Below the pieces are notes generated by a model. It had not been told where the DNA came from, made no database searches, and saw nothing but the letters and a program-made list of their open reading frames with translations. The position numbers and the translations under genes were made by a program. DNA of 35,186 nucleotides from Dugesia japonica (lineage: Eukaryota), in NCBI GenBank assembly GCA_001938525.1, contig MQRL01597604.1:1-35186 (forward strand), in the 5' to 3' direction. Position 1 is the stretch's first letter, and each line of letters starts with the position of its first letter. Positions 22,669 to 32,663 of the stretch are shown here, piece after piece.

Positions 22669-23510
22669 CTAGTCTTCGAAAAGCTTCTTTCTGAATATTA
22701 GATCTTTTTGCTGCTCGGATTTGTTACAGTTCCTGCATAGCAATGGTTTGTAACAATTTCGAGCAATATGACCTTTCCCGTTACAATTATAACATTTTAA
22801 TTCGTGTTTGAACTTTTGAACTGCATACTTTGGAGAATCTGTTTCATGGTTTCTTTCCAAATACTTTATACGATTTTCAAGCTCAATAATTTTTCGTTTT
22901 AATATTTCCATTTCTTGCCATTTTTCAGTATTAACATCATTGCTAATAATTCGCAATTTATCATTATGTCGAGGTTTATGTTCCTTTTTATAAAATTGAA
23001 AGCTTCTTCCAGAATGTTTGGTTTTATAATTTCCGTGGCTCTGGCTGCCAAACGATTATTAACTCCTTTCAAAAATATTGATAAAAGAGTCTTTTCTCTA
23101 TAAAATTCATCATAATCTGGCATTTTGCGAATTCCAGCAACTCTGATAGCAGTTAGATACTGTCTAAGAGTCATATCTTCCTGCTTCAAGGATAAAATAT
23201 TAATTATTGGAGTTACCTTGGTTGACTTGATTTGATATAATTCAAATAACTTTGTCTTCAGTCATTCATAATTCAATTTATTAGATTTAAACTCTGGGAT
23301 TGATTGGAGTTCAAATAATGCTTCTTCTTCTAAACTTTTCAATAACTTCTCTGAGCGTTGTGTTGGATCCCCGATTTTTTGTTCTTCTGCAAATTTTTCG
23401 AATTCGGTAATATGATTTGAAATATTTTCTCCAATCGTAAATTTCTTCGAAAACATCTTTTTTCCATTTAGCCAGTCGATAGGTTCCTCCAGCAATGATC
23501 GTGACGCCAT
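22669..23510 (-). pseudogene. gag: gag of element B
   Basis: ORFs 23262-23510, 22899-23189 and 22669-22956; KQEDMTLRQY, IFLKGV, CYNCNGKGHIARNC plus a degenerate second knuckle. Confidence 0.85.
23497..23509 (-). other. Primer-binding site of element B
   Basis: TGGCGTCACGATC directly follows the LTR-terminal CA; the cognate tRNA is not assigned. Confidence 0.8.
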
Positions 23511-23600
23511 GCTATTGTAATTAAATAAGGGAACTTGAGTTTACTAAAATTTATTTAAAATCTACACAAATTAATTAATATTATTAAAACACATATCACA
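23510..23600 (-). repeat. 5' LTR of element B (91 bp)
   Basis: TGTGATATGTG...ACAATAGCA. Confidence 0.95.
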
Positions 23601-23683
23601 CTGAAGAAGACTATTGTCAAAAATTTGAACCTTTTTACAAATAATTTTATTTTGATCGAAGCTTTTTCTTATTTTAATGAAAT
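23601..23683. mobile_element. Palindromic MITE, right part
   Basis: Reverse complement of 19256-19340. Confidence 0.85.
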
Positions 23684-24606
23684 AAAAATTAATAGTTAAA
23701 TCATGACAAATATAGATTTCATTAAAAAAAGCATTAGATTTTATTATTTTTTCTATTTTAAACAATTTTACACAAATCTAAATTTTTACTAGAATATATA
23801 GTAATTTCATACAAATATAACTAGATTTTCGATACAATTAACCATTATACATTTAATTTATTCAATAATTATATTATATAATACCACTACACTCATTAAA
23901 CTAGATACACTCAATAAACAGTTTATTGAAAATTTGTGACCCCACCAATAAGTTTTCATTCCAGTTTATCTATCCTCAACTTAAAATACTTTTTTAATCG
24001 TACTATCTATCTATCAATCATTCGCTTAATCCACTGTGATACTTATATAATACACTTAAATTTTTAAACTGTATAAAAACGTTTATAAAAATATACACTA
24101 ATAGTTGAGTCTAAAGTTTGCTAGTTTACTTTGATTCAATAAAATTTAAAATAAAATTTCATTAAATCCAGTTCGATAGATCATCAATGAAAACATGTAA
24201 TGCTGGAATTATTTTAGTTAAAATAATTAAAATTAATACAAATGTGATGATGTCAAATAAAGTTATATATAAAACATTCAATTTAATAAATTGCCTCGTA
24301 GTTGACAACTTTTTAAAAATAATAAAAAATACTTTTCATATGACAAAATATTGTGTAAAAAAGCTAATTCTTTTAACTAAGTAGCTACGCATTGCCAAAA
24401 ATAAAAGTTAATTTGGCAGGAAAAGATTCAGAAAACGTATTTCTCCCAAATGAGTAAGCCCTATTAACTATTTAAATTTTTTTATTATTTAAAGCTGTAC
24501 TAATAATAACTATTATAATAAACATTCATACGAATTATTGTTTACAAATAAACAAATAAATAAATTTTTATTTTTTATAATTTATTAAAAGATTTCATTT
24601 ATTATT

Positions 24607-25040
24607 TTATAAACATTTATCAAGTATTTCATTGTCTTCTTTATTGCATTGTTTTCCTATTGCGGAGTATTCAGCGTTGCATGAAATATCAAGTTTGTCA
24701 ATTTCTTCAAATATTGAATTATCCAATTTGTTTAATTCTTCATAACATTCTGTCGACATTTTATCAATATCATCACCACATCTCGATTGTTGGTCTTTGA
24801 ATCCTTGAGAAAATTGACNTTTTATTTTTAAATAGGACATTTTACAATCAGAATCTAATTTATCAAGAGCTTTATTACATTTATCATAAATTTCGTCTTG
24901 GATTTTCAGACATTCTTCGCTTATTTCTCTTTTTTCAATTTGTTCTAAATTTTCACAATAATTATGAGATTTATAAAAATAATATTTTACTAATTCTACA
25001 TTCGCTATAAATTAGCATTGATAAAAATAAAACCAAAATC
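24607..25040 (-). CDS. Putative secreted helical protein with Cys-anchored 11-residue repeats (5' end in the gap, one frameshift)
   Basis: The frame of ORF 24607-24840 extends upstream to ~25010. Hydrophobic ILVLFLSMLI lies in the adjacent frame. Cys spacing is 11,11,22,11,22,11,11. Confidence 0.55.
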
Positions 25041-25322
25041 NNNNNNNNNNNNNNNNNNNNNNNNNNNNNNNNNNNNNNNNNNNNNNNNNNNNNNNNNNNN
25101 NNNNNNNNNNNNNNNNNNNNNNNNNNNNNNNNNNNNNNNNNNNNNNNNNNNNNNNNNNNNNNNNNNNNNNNNNNNNNNNNNNNNNNNNNNNNNNNNNNNN
25201 NNNNNNNNNNNNNNNNNNNNNNNNNNNNNNNNNNNNNNNNNNNNNNNNNNNNNNNNNNNNNNNNNNNNNNNNNNNNNNNNNNNNNNNNNNNNNNNNNNNN
25301 NNNNNNNNNNNNNAATTTTGAT

Positions 25323-25742
25323 TTGATGGATATTGCTAAATTTCTAAACATTAAAGTAAATGTAATGATGAATCCTGATATGAATCCAGTAAACTGGCCA
25401 CCAGTAAACTGGCCACCAGTAAACTGTCCACCAGTAAACTGGCCAATTAATTGGATAATTAATTATCAAAATAAAAAAGAAAAAGGAAGTCATTGGGTTG
25501 CATTAGTTGTTATTAAAAGTGATCATCAAGATGGTTATTATTATTATTTTGATTCTTATGGACTACCTCCTTTAGAATTTCTTGATGTTAAGAAGATTAA
25601 ATGGAATAAAACACAAGTTCAACCATGGAAAACAAAAATATGTGGAGTATTATGTATTTATTTTATTTACTGTATGAATAAAGGAATTCCATTTGATGAT
25701 ATTATTAAAGAGTTGAAGAATACATTTAAANAATGGTTATAG
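25323..25742 (+). CDS. Adenain-like (C5) cysteine maturation protease
   Basis: IINYQ..GSHWVAL, YYFDSYGLPP, QVQ..TKICGVLCIYF give the His-Asp-Gln-Cys arrangement. Confidence 0.9.
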   Translation: MMDIAKFLNIKVNVMMNPDMNPVNWPPVNWPPVNCPPVNWPINWIINYQNKKEKGSHWVALVVIKSDHQDGYYYYFDSYGLPPLEFLDVKKIKWNKTQVQPWKTKICGVLCIYFIYCMNKGIPFDDIIKELKNTFKXWL

Positions 25743-25762
25743 TCTAATATTTTATATAATAA

Positions 25763-26983
25763 ATGACTCACAGTTTTTCTAATACAATAATGAATAGATT
25801 TGGTGAAACTTTAGATAGTAAAAATTCTTCTGAATTACTAGAAGCTTTTGATGGTAAGGTAGAAAGAAAAATTAGATCAAAATTAAAAATACATGAAGAA
25901 CAAGAAGAAATTAAAAATAGAAAATATGATGATAGAAAATATATTGATAATAAGATTGGAAACATAGTTACTAACGTGATTGATAAAGAAATTAAAAAAC
26001 TAACCGACAACTTTAGACAACAAATTATTAAACAACAGGTTACTATAGATACTTTAATAGAAAGTAATAAATTAAATTTAAGTGATAGGAAAAAAGAATT
26101 TATTAATCTAAAAAGTGAAATGTTGAATCAATTAAAAGATTTGAAAGATTTTAATATTATTCAAGTTGATAAATTAAATAAACAAGTTAAAGATTTAACA
26201 AGTAAGTGTAGTGAAGAGAAATGTAACAAGTTGAAAGAACAAGTAGATAAACTAAAATATGAATTTGATTTTTATGTTCAAACTAAAAATAATCCTCTAC
26301 CTAAATTAGAAAGAAAATTAATGTCATTAAAGTACATGTATAAAAAAGAAAAAGAATATCTTTATACTATTATATTAAAGTTGAGGCAGGAAAGAAGTCA
26401 AAAGAAAGTTTATTCAGCTGATTTACTTAAAACTTTAAAAGATGGAATTAATAATTATATTCCATATACATTAGATTATGTAATAAAATACCAAATTAAT
26501 AAAGAACGTATGATATTTTTTTTATCAATAGAAAATGTTATAGAAGAACTACCATGTGTTTTAATTTATAAATTAAAAAAATTTACTTGTTATAGAAGTG
26601 GAGTATTTATTGATAAGGGAGAAAATAACAAGTATTATCTACTTGATGAAAATATGGTATTAAATTTTAAATTATTAAAAGAAGAAAAGGGATTATTTTT
26701 TGTATTTCAATTTGGTATTGAAAGTAAAGATATCCATCCTGGTCTAATCATTCATGAAACTAATGAAATTTTAATAAAAAAAGAATCCAATCCAGTAGTT
26801 TTTAAAAACTTTAAATTTAAAACAGAGTTAACTGATAGTGTTGTAAATTATCTTCATATAAATACTTTTGAAGTAGATAGAGATGAAACAAAATGGTTAA
26901 ATTTTTCAATAACCATTAGTAGTGATACTTATTTTAAATCTCTTTCTATATTAGCCCGTCCAAATTTTAATTTAATAAAATGA
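25763..26983 (+). CDS. Unknown 406-aa protein: coiled-coil N-terminal half, beta-rich C-terminal half
   Basis: Intact ORF; its stop overlaps the next ATG (ATGA), a virus-like packing. Confidence 0.7.
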   Translation: MTHSFSNTIMNRFGETLDSKNSSELLEAFDGKVERKIRSKLKIHEEQEEIKNRKYDDRKYIDNKIGNIVTNVIDKEIKKLTDNFRQQIIKQQVTIDTLIESNKLNLSDRKKEFINLKSEMLNQLKDLKDFNIIQVDKLNKQVKDLTSKCSEEKCNKLKEQVDKLKYEFDFYVQTKNNPLPKLERKLMSLKYMYKKEKEYLYTIILKLRQERSQKKVYSADLLKTLKDGINNYIPYTLDYVIKYQINKERMIFFLSIENVIEELPCVLIYKLKKFTCYRSGVFIDKGENNKYYLLDENMVLNFKLLKEEKGLFFVFQFGIESKDIHPGLIIHETNEILIKKESNPVVFKNFKFKTELTDSVVNYLHINTFEVDRDETKWLNFSITISSDTYFKSLSILARPNFNLIK

Positions 26984-27342
26984 ATGACAATAATCAAGAT
27001 AGTAAACTATATCGTGATCAAGATAGTAAACTATATCGTGATCAAGATAGTAAACTATATCGTGATCAAGATAGTAAAATATACGATAGTAAAATATACG
27101 ATAGTAAAATATACCCAGATTTAGATTTAGATTATACTGATAAGATTACTGATAAGATTACTGAAAGAAGTACTATAGAAGATTTAAAAAATAAATTAAA
27201 TAAAACTAGGATAAGGGATTTTGAAAGTGATTNNNNNNNNNNNNNNNNNNNNNNNNNNNNNNNNNNNNNNNNNNNNNNNNNNTAGTGATACTTATTTTAA
27301 ATCTCTTTCTATATTAGCCCGTCCAAATTTTAATTTAATAAA

Positions 27343-28285
27343 ATGAATGACAATAAATTGTATGACAATAATCAAGATAATAATCTATACGATAGTAAAC
27401 TATACCCTAATTTAAATGACAATGAAAGGTCTACTGAAAGATATACTGAAAGGTCTACTGAAAGGTCTACTATAGAAGATTTAAAAAATAAATTAAATAA
27501 AACTAGGATAAGGGATTTTGAAAGTGATTTAGAATGGATAGATGATAAACTAAAACATTATAATAAATTAAAAAGAAGATGGAGTAGATTTGATAATGGA
27601 ATTAGGTTTGCAGATGTAGGAATATCAACTATAGTTGGAATAGCATCAGGAAGTATAATATTAATGTCCACTTTATCTTTTACAGTTCCATTAATTGTAA
27701 CTGGAATAGTAACTGGAATACCAATAATATATTCTATTGCTCATGGATCTTTAAGAGTTAGTTTAATTAAAAATAGNNNNNNNNNNNNNNNNNNNNNNNN
27801 NNNNNNNNNNNNNNNNNNNNNNNNNNATATCAACTATAGTTGGAATAGCTTCTGGAAGTATAATATTAATGAGTACTTTATCTTTTACTGTTCCATTAAT
27901 AGTAACAGGAATTGTAACTGGAATACCAATAATATATTCTATTGCTCATGGATCTTTAAGAGTTAGTTTAATTAAAAATAGAATAAATAAATATACATTA
28001 AAAATTAAATTACTTGAAGAAACAAAAAATAAATTATTCATCTTTCATACAAAAGCTTTGGAAGATAATGAATTAAGTAATGAAGAAATTAAAACTTCTA
28101 AAGATATAATTAATAATCTAAAGACCCAGTTGGCTGGAAACCAGTTGGCTGGAAACCAGTTAATGAAACAGTCAACAAAGCAACAACCAGTTGACCAGTT
28201 GGCTGGACAGCTTGAAGAATTTAGTAAAACATTTCCAATATTACTAAGCCAGTTAACTAATCAGTTGGCTGCCCATAAAAAATAA
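27343..28285 (+). CDS. Polinton PX-like two-TM membrane protein (variant 5' copy at 26980-27232)
   Basis: LKHYNKLKRRWSRFDN, two Gly/Ile-rich hydrophobic segments, then KLFIFHTKALEDNELSNEE, recalled as the Maverick PX pattern. Split by N gaps. Confidence 0.6.
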
Positions 28286-28357
28286 TGTTAATGTTATTGT
28301 TAATATAAAAAATAATGATAATTGGAAATTAATAAGCTCAAAAGTTTACTATAAGAA

Positions 28358-28920
28358 ATGGCATCATCTACTATTGGTAAATTTTGTGAAATCTGTAATC
28401 AAGTTTTTAGAAGTGATTATCATTTACAAACACATCTAAAAAGTAAAGCACATTTAAGAAAAGTTGAAATAAATAATACTGGAAATATTTGGAGAAGATG
28501 TCATATTTGTAATATTAATTTTGACAATTTAACAAATTACAACAGACATTTAAATGGAAGAAAACATGTTGAACAATTAGCTAGAATTGATCAATTAGAT
28601 CAAGATAATGATCAAGATAATGATCAAGATGATAACTTTAATATAAAAGATTTATTCAAAGATTATCTTTATCCTAATAATAATTATAAAATTGAAACTT
28701 GTCATCAATCAATGATTAAATTGAAAAAGGAATTCTTTATTTATAAAAATGAAAATCAACCTGCAATTGAAAATATTTATCAGTTTGAACACAGAATTAA
28801 CTTTAATCTTTTGAAAGAATATTCTACAGACATGAAGGAAATGGTTATCAAGTTTTTAAACCAATTTCAAAAAGCTGCAATTTCAATAAGTTGTTCTACT
28901 ACTTATACTAAAGATTATGT
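28358..28920 (+). pseudogene. Two U1/matrin-type C2H2 zinc fingers, probably the truncated N-terminus of the Polinton pPolB ORF
   Basis: CEICNQVFRSDYHLQTHLKSKAH and CHICNINFDNLTNYNRHLNGRKH. The tail after ~28920 is antisense integrase sequence. The PolB identity is inference. Confidence 0.6.
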
Positions 28921-29043
28921 AGTTGACTCGATAACCACTTTTTTGTCTTTGATTTTTTTTTGTGATGCTTTCATTAATTTTTCTACGCCACGAAAACCTG
29001 CTGGATTTTCTGCATCCGTCCATATCTTCTTCAGCTTGCCCAT
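28921..29043 (-). pseudogene. N-terminus of Polinton retroviral-like integrase (truncated)
   Basis: MGKLKKIWTDAENPAGFRGVEKLMKA, then after a poly-A slip KTKKWLSSQL. This matches the recalled Maverick integrase start pattern L.KIYYDP..PA.F.GV.KL....V..WL..Q. Confidence 0.7.
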
Positions 29044-29204
29044 TACAACAATTAGATGAGAATTTGAAATCAAAATTAGGTAATGATTGTAAACCGCCCA
29101 TTGTTTATTTTAAATCAGTNNNNNNNNNNNNNNNNNNNNNNNNNNNNNNNNNNNNNNNNNNNNNNNNNNATCATTATAATGCTTCTATAAAACCAACAAT
29201 TGTT

Positions 29205-29312
29205 TATTTGAAATGAGTTAGTCCTAGTGCGGCTAATGCAATTAGTAGTAATGCTGCTATAAAACCACCACTTTGATTATCTCGTATTACTCGTCTCATC
29301 AAATTCTTATTT
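29205..29312 (-). CDS. C-terminus of a small Polinton core-type protein with a GG|F motif
   Basis: NKNLMRRVIRDNQSGGFIAALLLIALAALGLTHFK*: an xGG-F adenain-type cleavage site followed by a hydrophobic helix. Confidence 0.6.
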
Positions 29313-30559
29313 NNNNNNNNNNNNNNNNNNNNNNNNNNNNNNNNNNNNNNNNNNNNNNNNNNNNNNNNAGCGTTACTCACATTTACATTTCCGCGAACAA
29401 TATTTATAATAATTTCAATTAAATCATCTATAACAAACGTTGTGCTTGGTAAGTTCTAAATAGAACTGTTAGATTTTAGCTATTATTATAAAATAGTATA
29501 AAAACTTAAAAACGAATAAAATAACTCTCAATAATTTATTTTCAATCACCAAAGTTTAACACAACTGCGTTTTATAAAAATGACAATTTTTTAAGTAAAA
29601 ATTGTTACACGTTTTACCCAGCGTTTTCCTATAAAGATAAGAGTAACACAAGATACAATTACCAAAAATAAACAGAGGTTTTCCTTTACCGTTTTTGGAT
29701 CAACGTTTTATCAAAAAATGGATAAATGGGAAGATTTAAATTACTTAGAAGCAAACCGTCCAGATTGTAGCAATCTGCGTTTGCAAATGATTTTAGGTCG
29801 TTCAAATGATTTTAATTCCTAACTCGATACTGTTGATTGAGGGGTTATAATTTACAAGCTTCGTAACGCTTGAAATATAACTTAATATTTTAAATTTTGA
29901 TTTTACAAAAATTAAATTTACCTTTGCTATTCAATTCAACTTTCAATAAATTAATCTAGCAAAATTTTGTATTTTACTTTTCGTTCTGCTTTATCTGGTT
30001 GCAATATATAAATATTGTCCAACCAATCAGAATCAACCACCTGTGTCTGAATTAAGTAATTTAATGTGAACAAATTAATTACCAAATATAGACATATTAC
30101 TAAATTTAGCGATACAATTTGCTAAATTTCCATGTGACTTATTAGTCACGATTTTCTAAATTGAGATAAAGTTCAATTAAAATTAATTATTTAAAATATA
30201 ACATAATTTGTTATATTATTATATTATTTTTATTATTATTCTTCTTATCTATTCATTTTTTCAAATTGTTATTATTTTTACTAAACGTTAATTTATTATT
30301 TAAAGATAAGAATGGTATTAGTACGCCTGTAAATATGCATAAAAGGAACATAAGATTGAGGACAGGATTCACACGAATGGATTTTAAAATTTGGAACCCC
30401 GAAAACAATTTATGTAGACAGAAGAAAAAGTTTCGAATCAAATCTATTACAAAATTTGTCAGAAAGATTTAATTTCTATATTATTTATTCAAGTCTTATT
30501 CATCACCATGCCAATAGACAAATACAAAGACGATTTTGTACAATAAAAGATTAGCTGTC

Positions 30560-31185
30560 TAGTAGTTTAAAGGCCGAATTACATAAAAATTGGGAAGATG
30601 CACTACAAAATATAAATTTTGCTTTGAATGCAACAACACAGAAAATTATAAGATGTAGGTTTTTTCTCAAAGAAACTTAAAACACACCAAATTCGTTATT
30701 CTACTTTTGATCGAGAATTATTAGCGATGCATGACTCGATCAAACAATTTTAACACTTTCTAGAAGGAAGAAAATTCATAATTTATACTGATTACAAACC
30801 TCTAGTAAACGCAATGCAAATGAAACAACCGTCACCAAGACAANNNNNNNAGTTAAACTATATATCCCAATTCAATTGCATCATCAATTACATTGCAGGT
30901 TCCGCAAACATTGCAGCTGACACACTATCCAGAATCGAAAGGGACGTCAACTCAATAGAATTCAAAGATGGCTTCAACTTAGAAGAAATTAACGAGAAAC
31001 AAACTGAAACAATAAAAGAAATGCCAGCTAAAAACTCTTTAAAGCTCACAAAAGTAAATGACATCTGGTGTGGCATGCAAAACGAAGGAAACATAAGGAT
31101 CCTTCTACCAAAAGAATATAGAAGTGAATACATAACCAGGATTCGCAACAATCATCATCCCGGAAACAAATCAACATATATTTAC
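30560..31185 (+). pseudogene. pol: Gypsy pol fragments: short integrase-like piece, then RNase H and the start of the integrase zinc domain
   Basis: KNWEDALQNINFALNAT; VGFFSKKL..YSTFDRELLA..HFLEGRKFIIYTDYKPL..YIAGSANIAADTLSRI; NHHPGNKST. Confidence 0.8.
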
Positions 31186-32520
31186 ACATTTTACATCGCA
31201 AGTCTAGATTCTCCTGATTGCATGTACTCGGATTGATGTCTACCGATTTGATCGTTTTCCCCGTTATCATCATTATTTGCTGTCTGGAACTAACCACGTA
31301 TCGATTCTCTTCATCAATTAATCTCGTTTTGAAACTAACTCTTTTTATCTTTTTAATTTTTTGTTTAACCTCCTTGTCTTTGTCCTCCAATTTTCGCTTG
31401 ACTGGGACTCGTCTCACTCTTTCAACAGTCTCCTCATCGCTTTCTTTATCATTGTCGTCTTTGGTTGCTGCTTGTTTACATCTCGATACGTGAACAATAC
31501 TTGGCTTCTTGAGTGGCTTTCCCACTTCTTTTACTTTTAGATTTGTTGCAGTTGTCTCTAACACTAAATATGGTCCTTTGTTTGGTCGTTTTAATTTATC
31601 TGTGGTTCCAATTTCGATTGTTGGTGTATTAATTAATACCATATCACCCCTTTTAAACGTATGGCGTTTTGTATCTCGATCATAAAATGCCTTATAACTC
31701 TCTTGATTAAATTTTGCATTTAAAGCGGCCAATGTCCATATTTCTTGCATTCTCTCTTTCATGCCGGTAACATAATCATCCTCGTCCATATACTGCGATA
31801 TAGGTGGCTGATGCTCCAAATCTATTGGCATATTACATTCTCGGCCGTACATTAATTTAAAAGGTGAAGCTTTGGTCGTGGGATGTTCCCCCATCCGATA
31901 TGCAAATAAACATAAATTCAAATGTTTGTCCCAATCCTTCTGGGATTTCGTCACGTAACTCGATAACATTCTAGTCAATGTCTGATTAAATCGTTCTTTC
32001 ATCCCATCCGTTTGTGGATGATACGCTGATGTCCGTACTTTATGAATATTAAATTAACTAGTCACTTCTTTCATTAATTCACTCATGAAATTCTTTCCTT
32101 GATCTGTCAATATCTTTTTCGGTGGACTTTATCGACTGAATAATTTATCCACTAATACTCTTGCGATTGTCGACGCTTTCTAATCCTTTAATGCAAATGA
32201 CTCGGGAAATTTTGATAAATAATCCACTGCTGTCAAGATATACGCTTTTCTACTATCCGTTGGTGAGAATAGTCCAATTATGTCCATTACAATTATATCC
32301 ATTGGTGCTGCTGGCACTGGTATTGGTTCTAACGGCACTTTAAATTTCTTTCCCGTTCCTTTTCTTGCCACGCCAAATCTCGCATTTACTAATCCATTCT
32401 TTCACACATGTCGTATTATGAGGCCAATAATATTTTGCTCTCAACTTTGATTCGGTTTTCTTTGCTGACATATGACCTCCTAGAATTCCATTATGCTCAA
32501 TTTTAATTATTGCTCAAGTA
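31186..32520 (-). pseudogene. pol: Integrase of element C with a C-terminal extension
   Basis: HNGILGGHMS, MDIIGLF, AVDYLSKF, ILTDQGKNF, YHPQTDGMKERFNQTL, KGPYLV (GPY/F). Confidence 0.92.
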
Positions 32521-32663
32521 TTTTTGCTCGTCTTCATTTTGGTATTACTAATAACAGTTGATCACCTTCCTTCATCATTAACCACTCATTTACTACGATA
32601 AATCTGCCACCTCGTTTCTTTAAATGTTCCTTCATCGCTTTGTTACACTCCACTTTGCTCAAA

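Larger units (their letters stand above)
19367..23600 (-). mobile_element. Ty3/Gypsy LTR retrotransposon (element B), 4234 bp, both ends intact, RT core deleted
   Basis: 91-bp LTRs TG...CA, TSD CTGAA (19362-19366 and 23601-23605), PBS, PPT, domain order gag-PR-(RT)-RH-IN. Confidence 0.95.
25314..29312. mobile_element. Polinton/Maverick (adintovirus-like) fragment, internally deleted
   Basis: Compact intronless AT-rich ORFs: adenain protease, PX-like membrane protein, ZnF ORF, Polinton-type integrase N-terminus and a QSGGF peptide. No TIRs identified. Confidence 0.8.

Noticed and set aside
24971-25351. ORFs of 126 and 102 aa spanning the large gap
   Set aside because: They consist almost entirely of N-derived X residues.
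31046-31185. Cys-rich tail of the 318-aa integrase ORF
   Set aside because: It is read-through into the antisense strand of the neighbouring plus-strand pol fragment.
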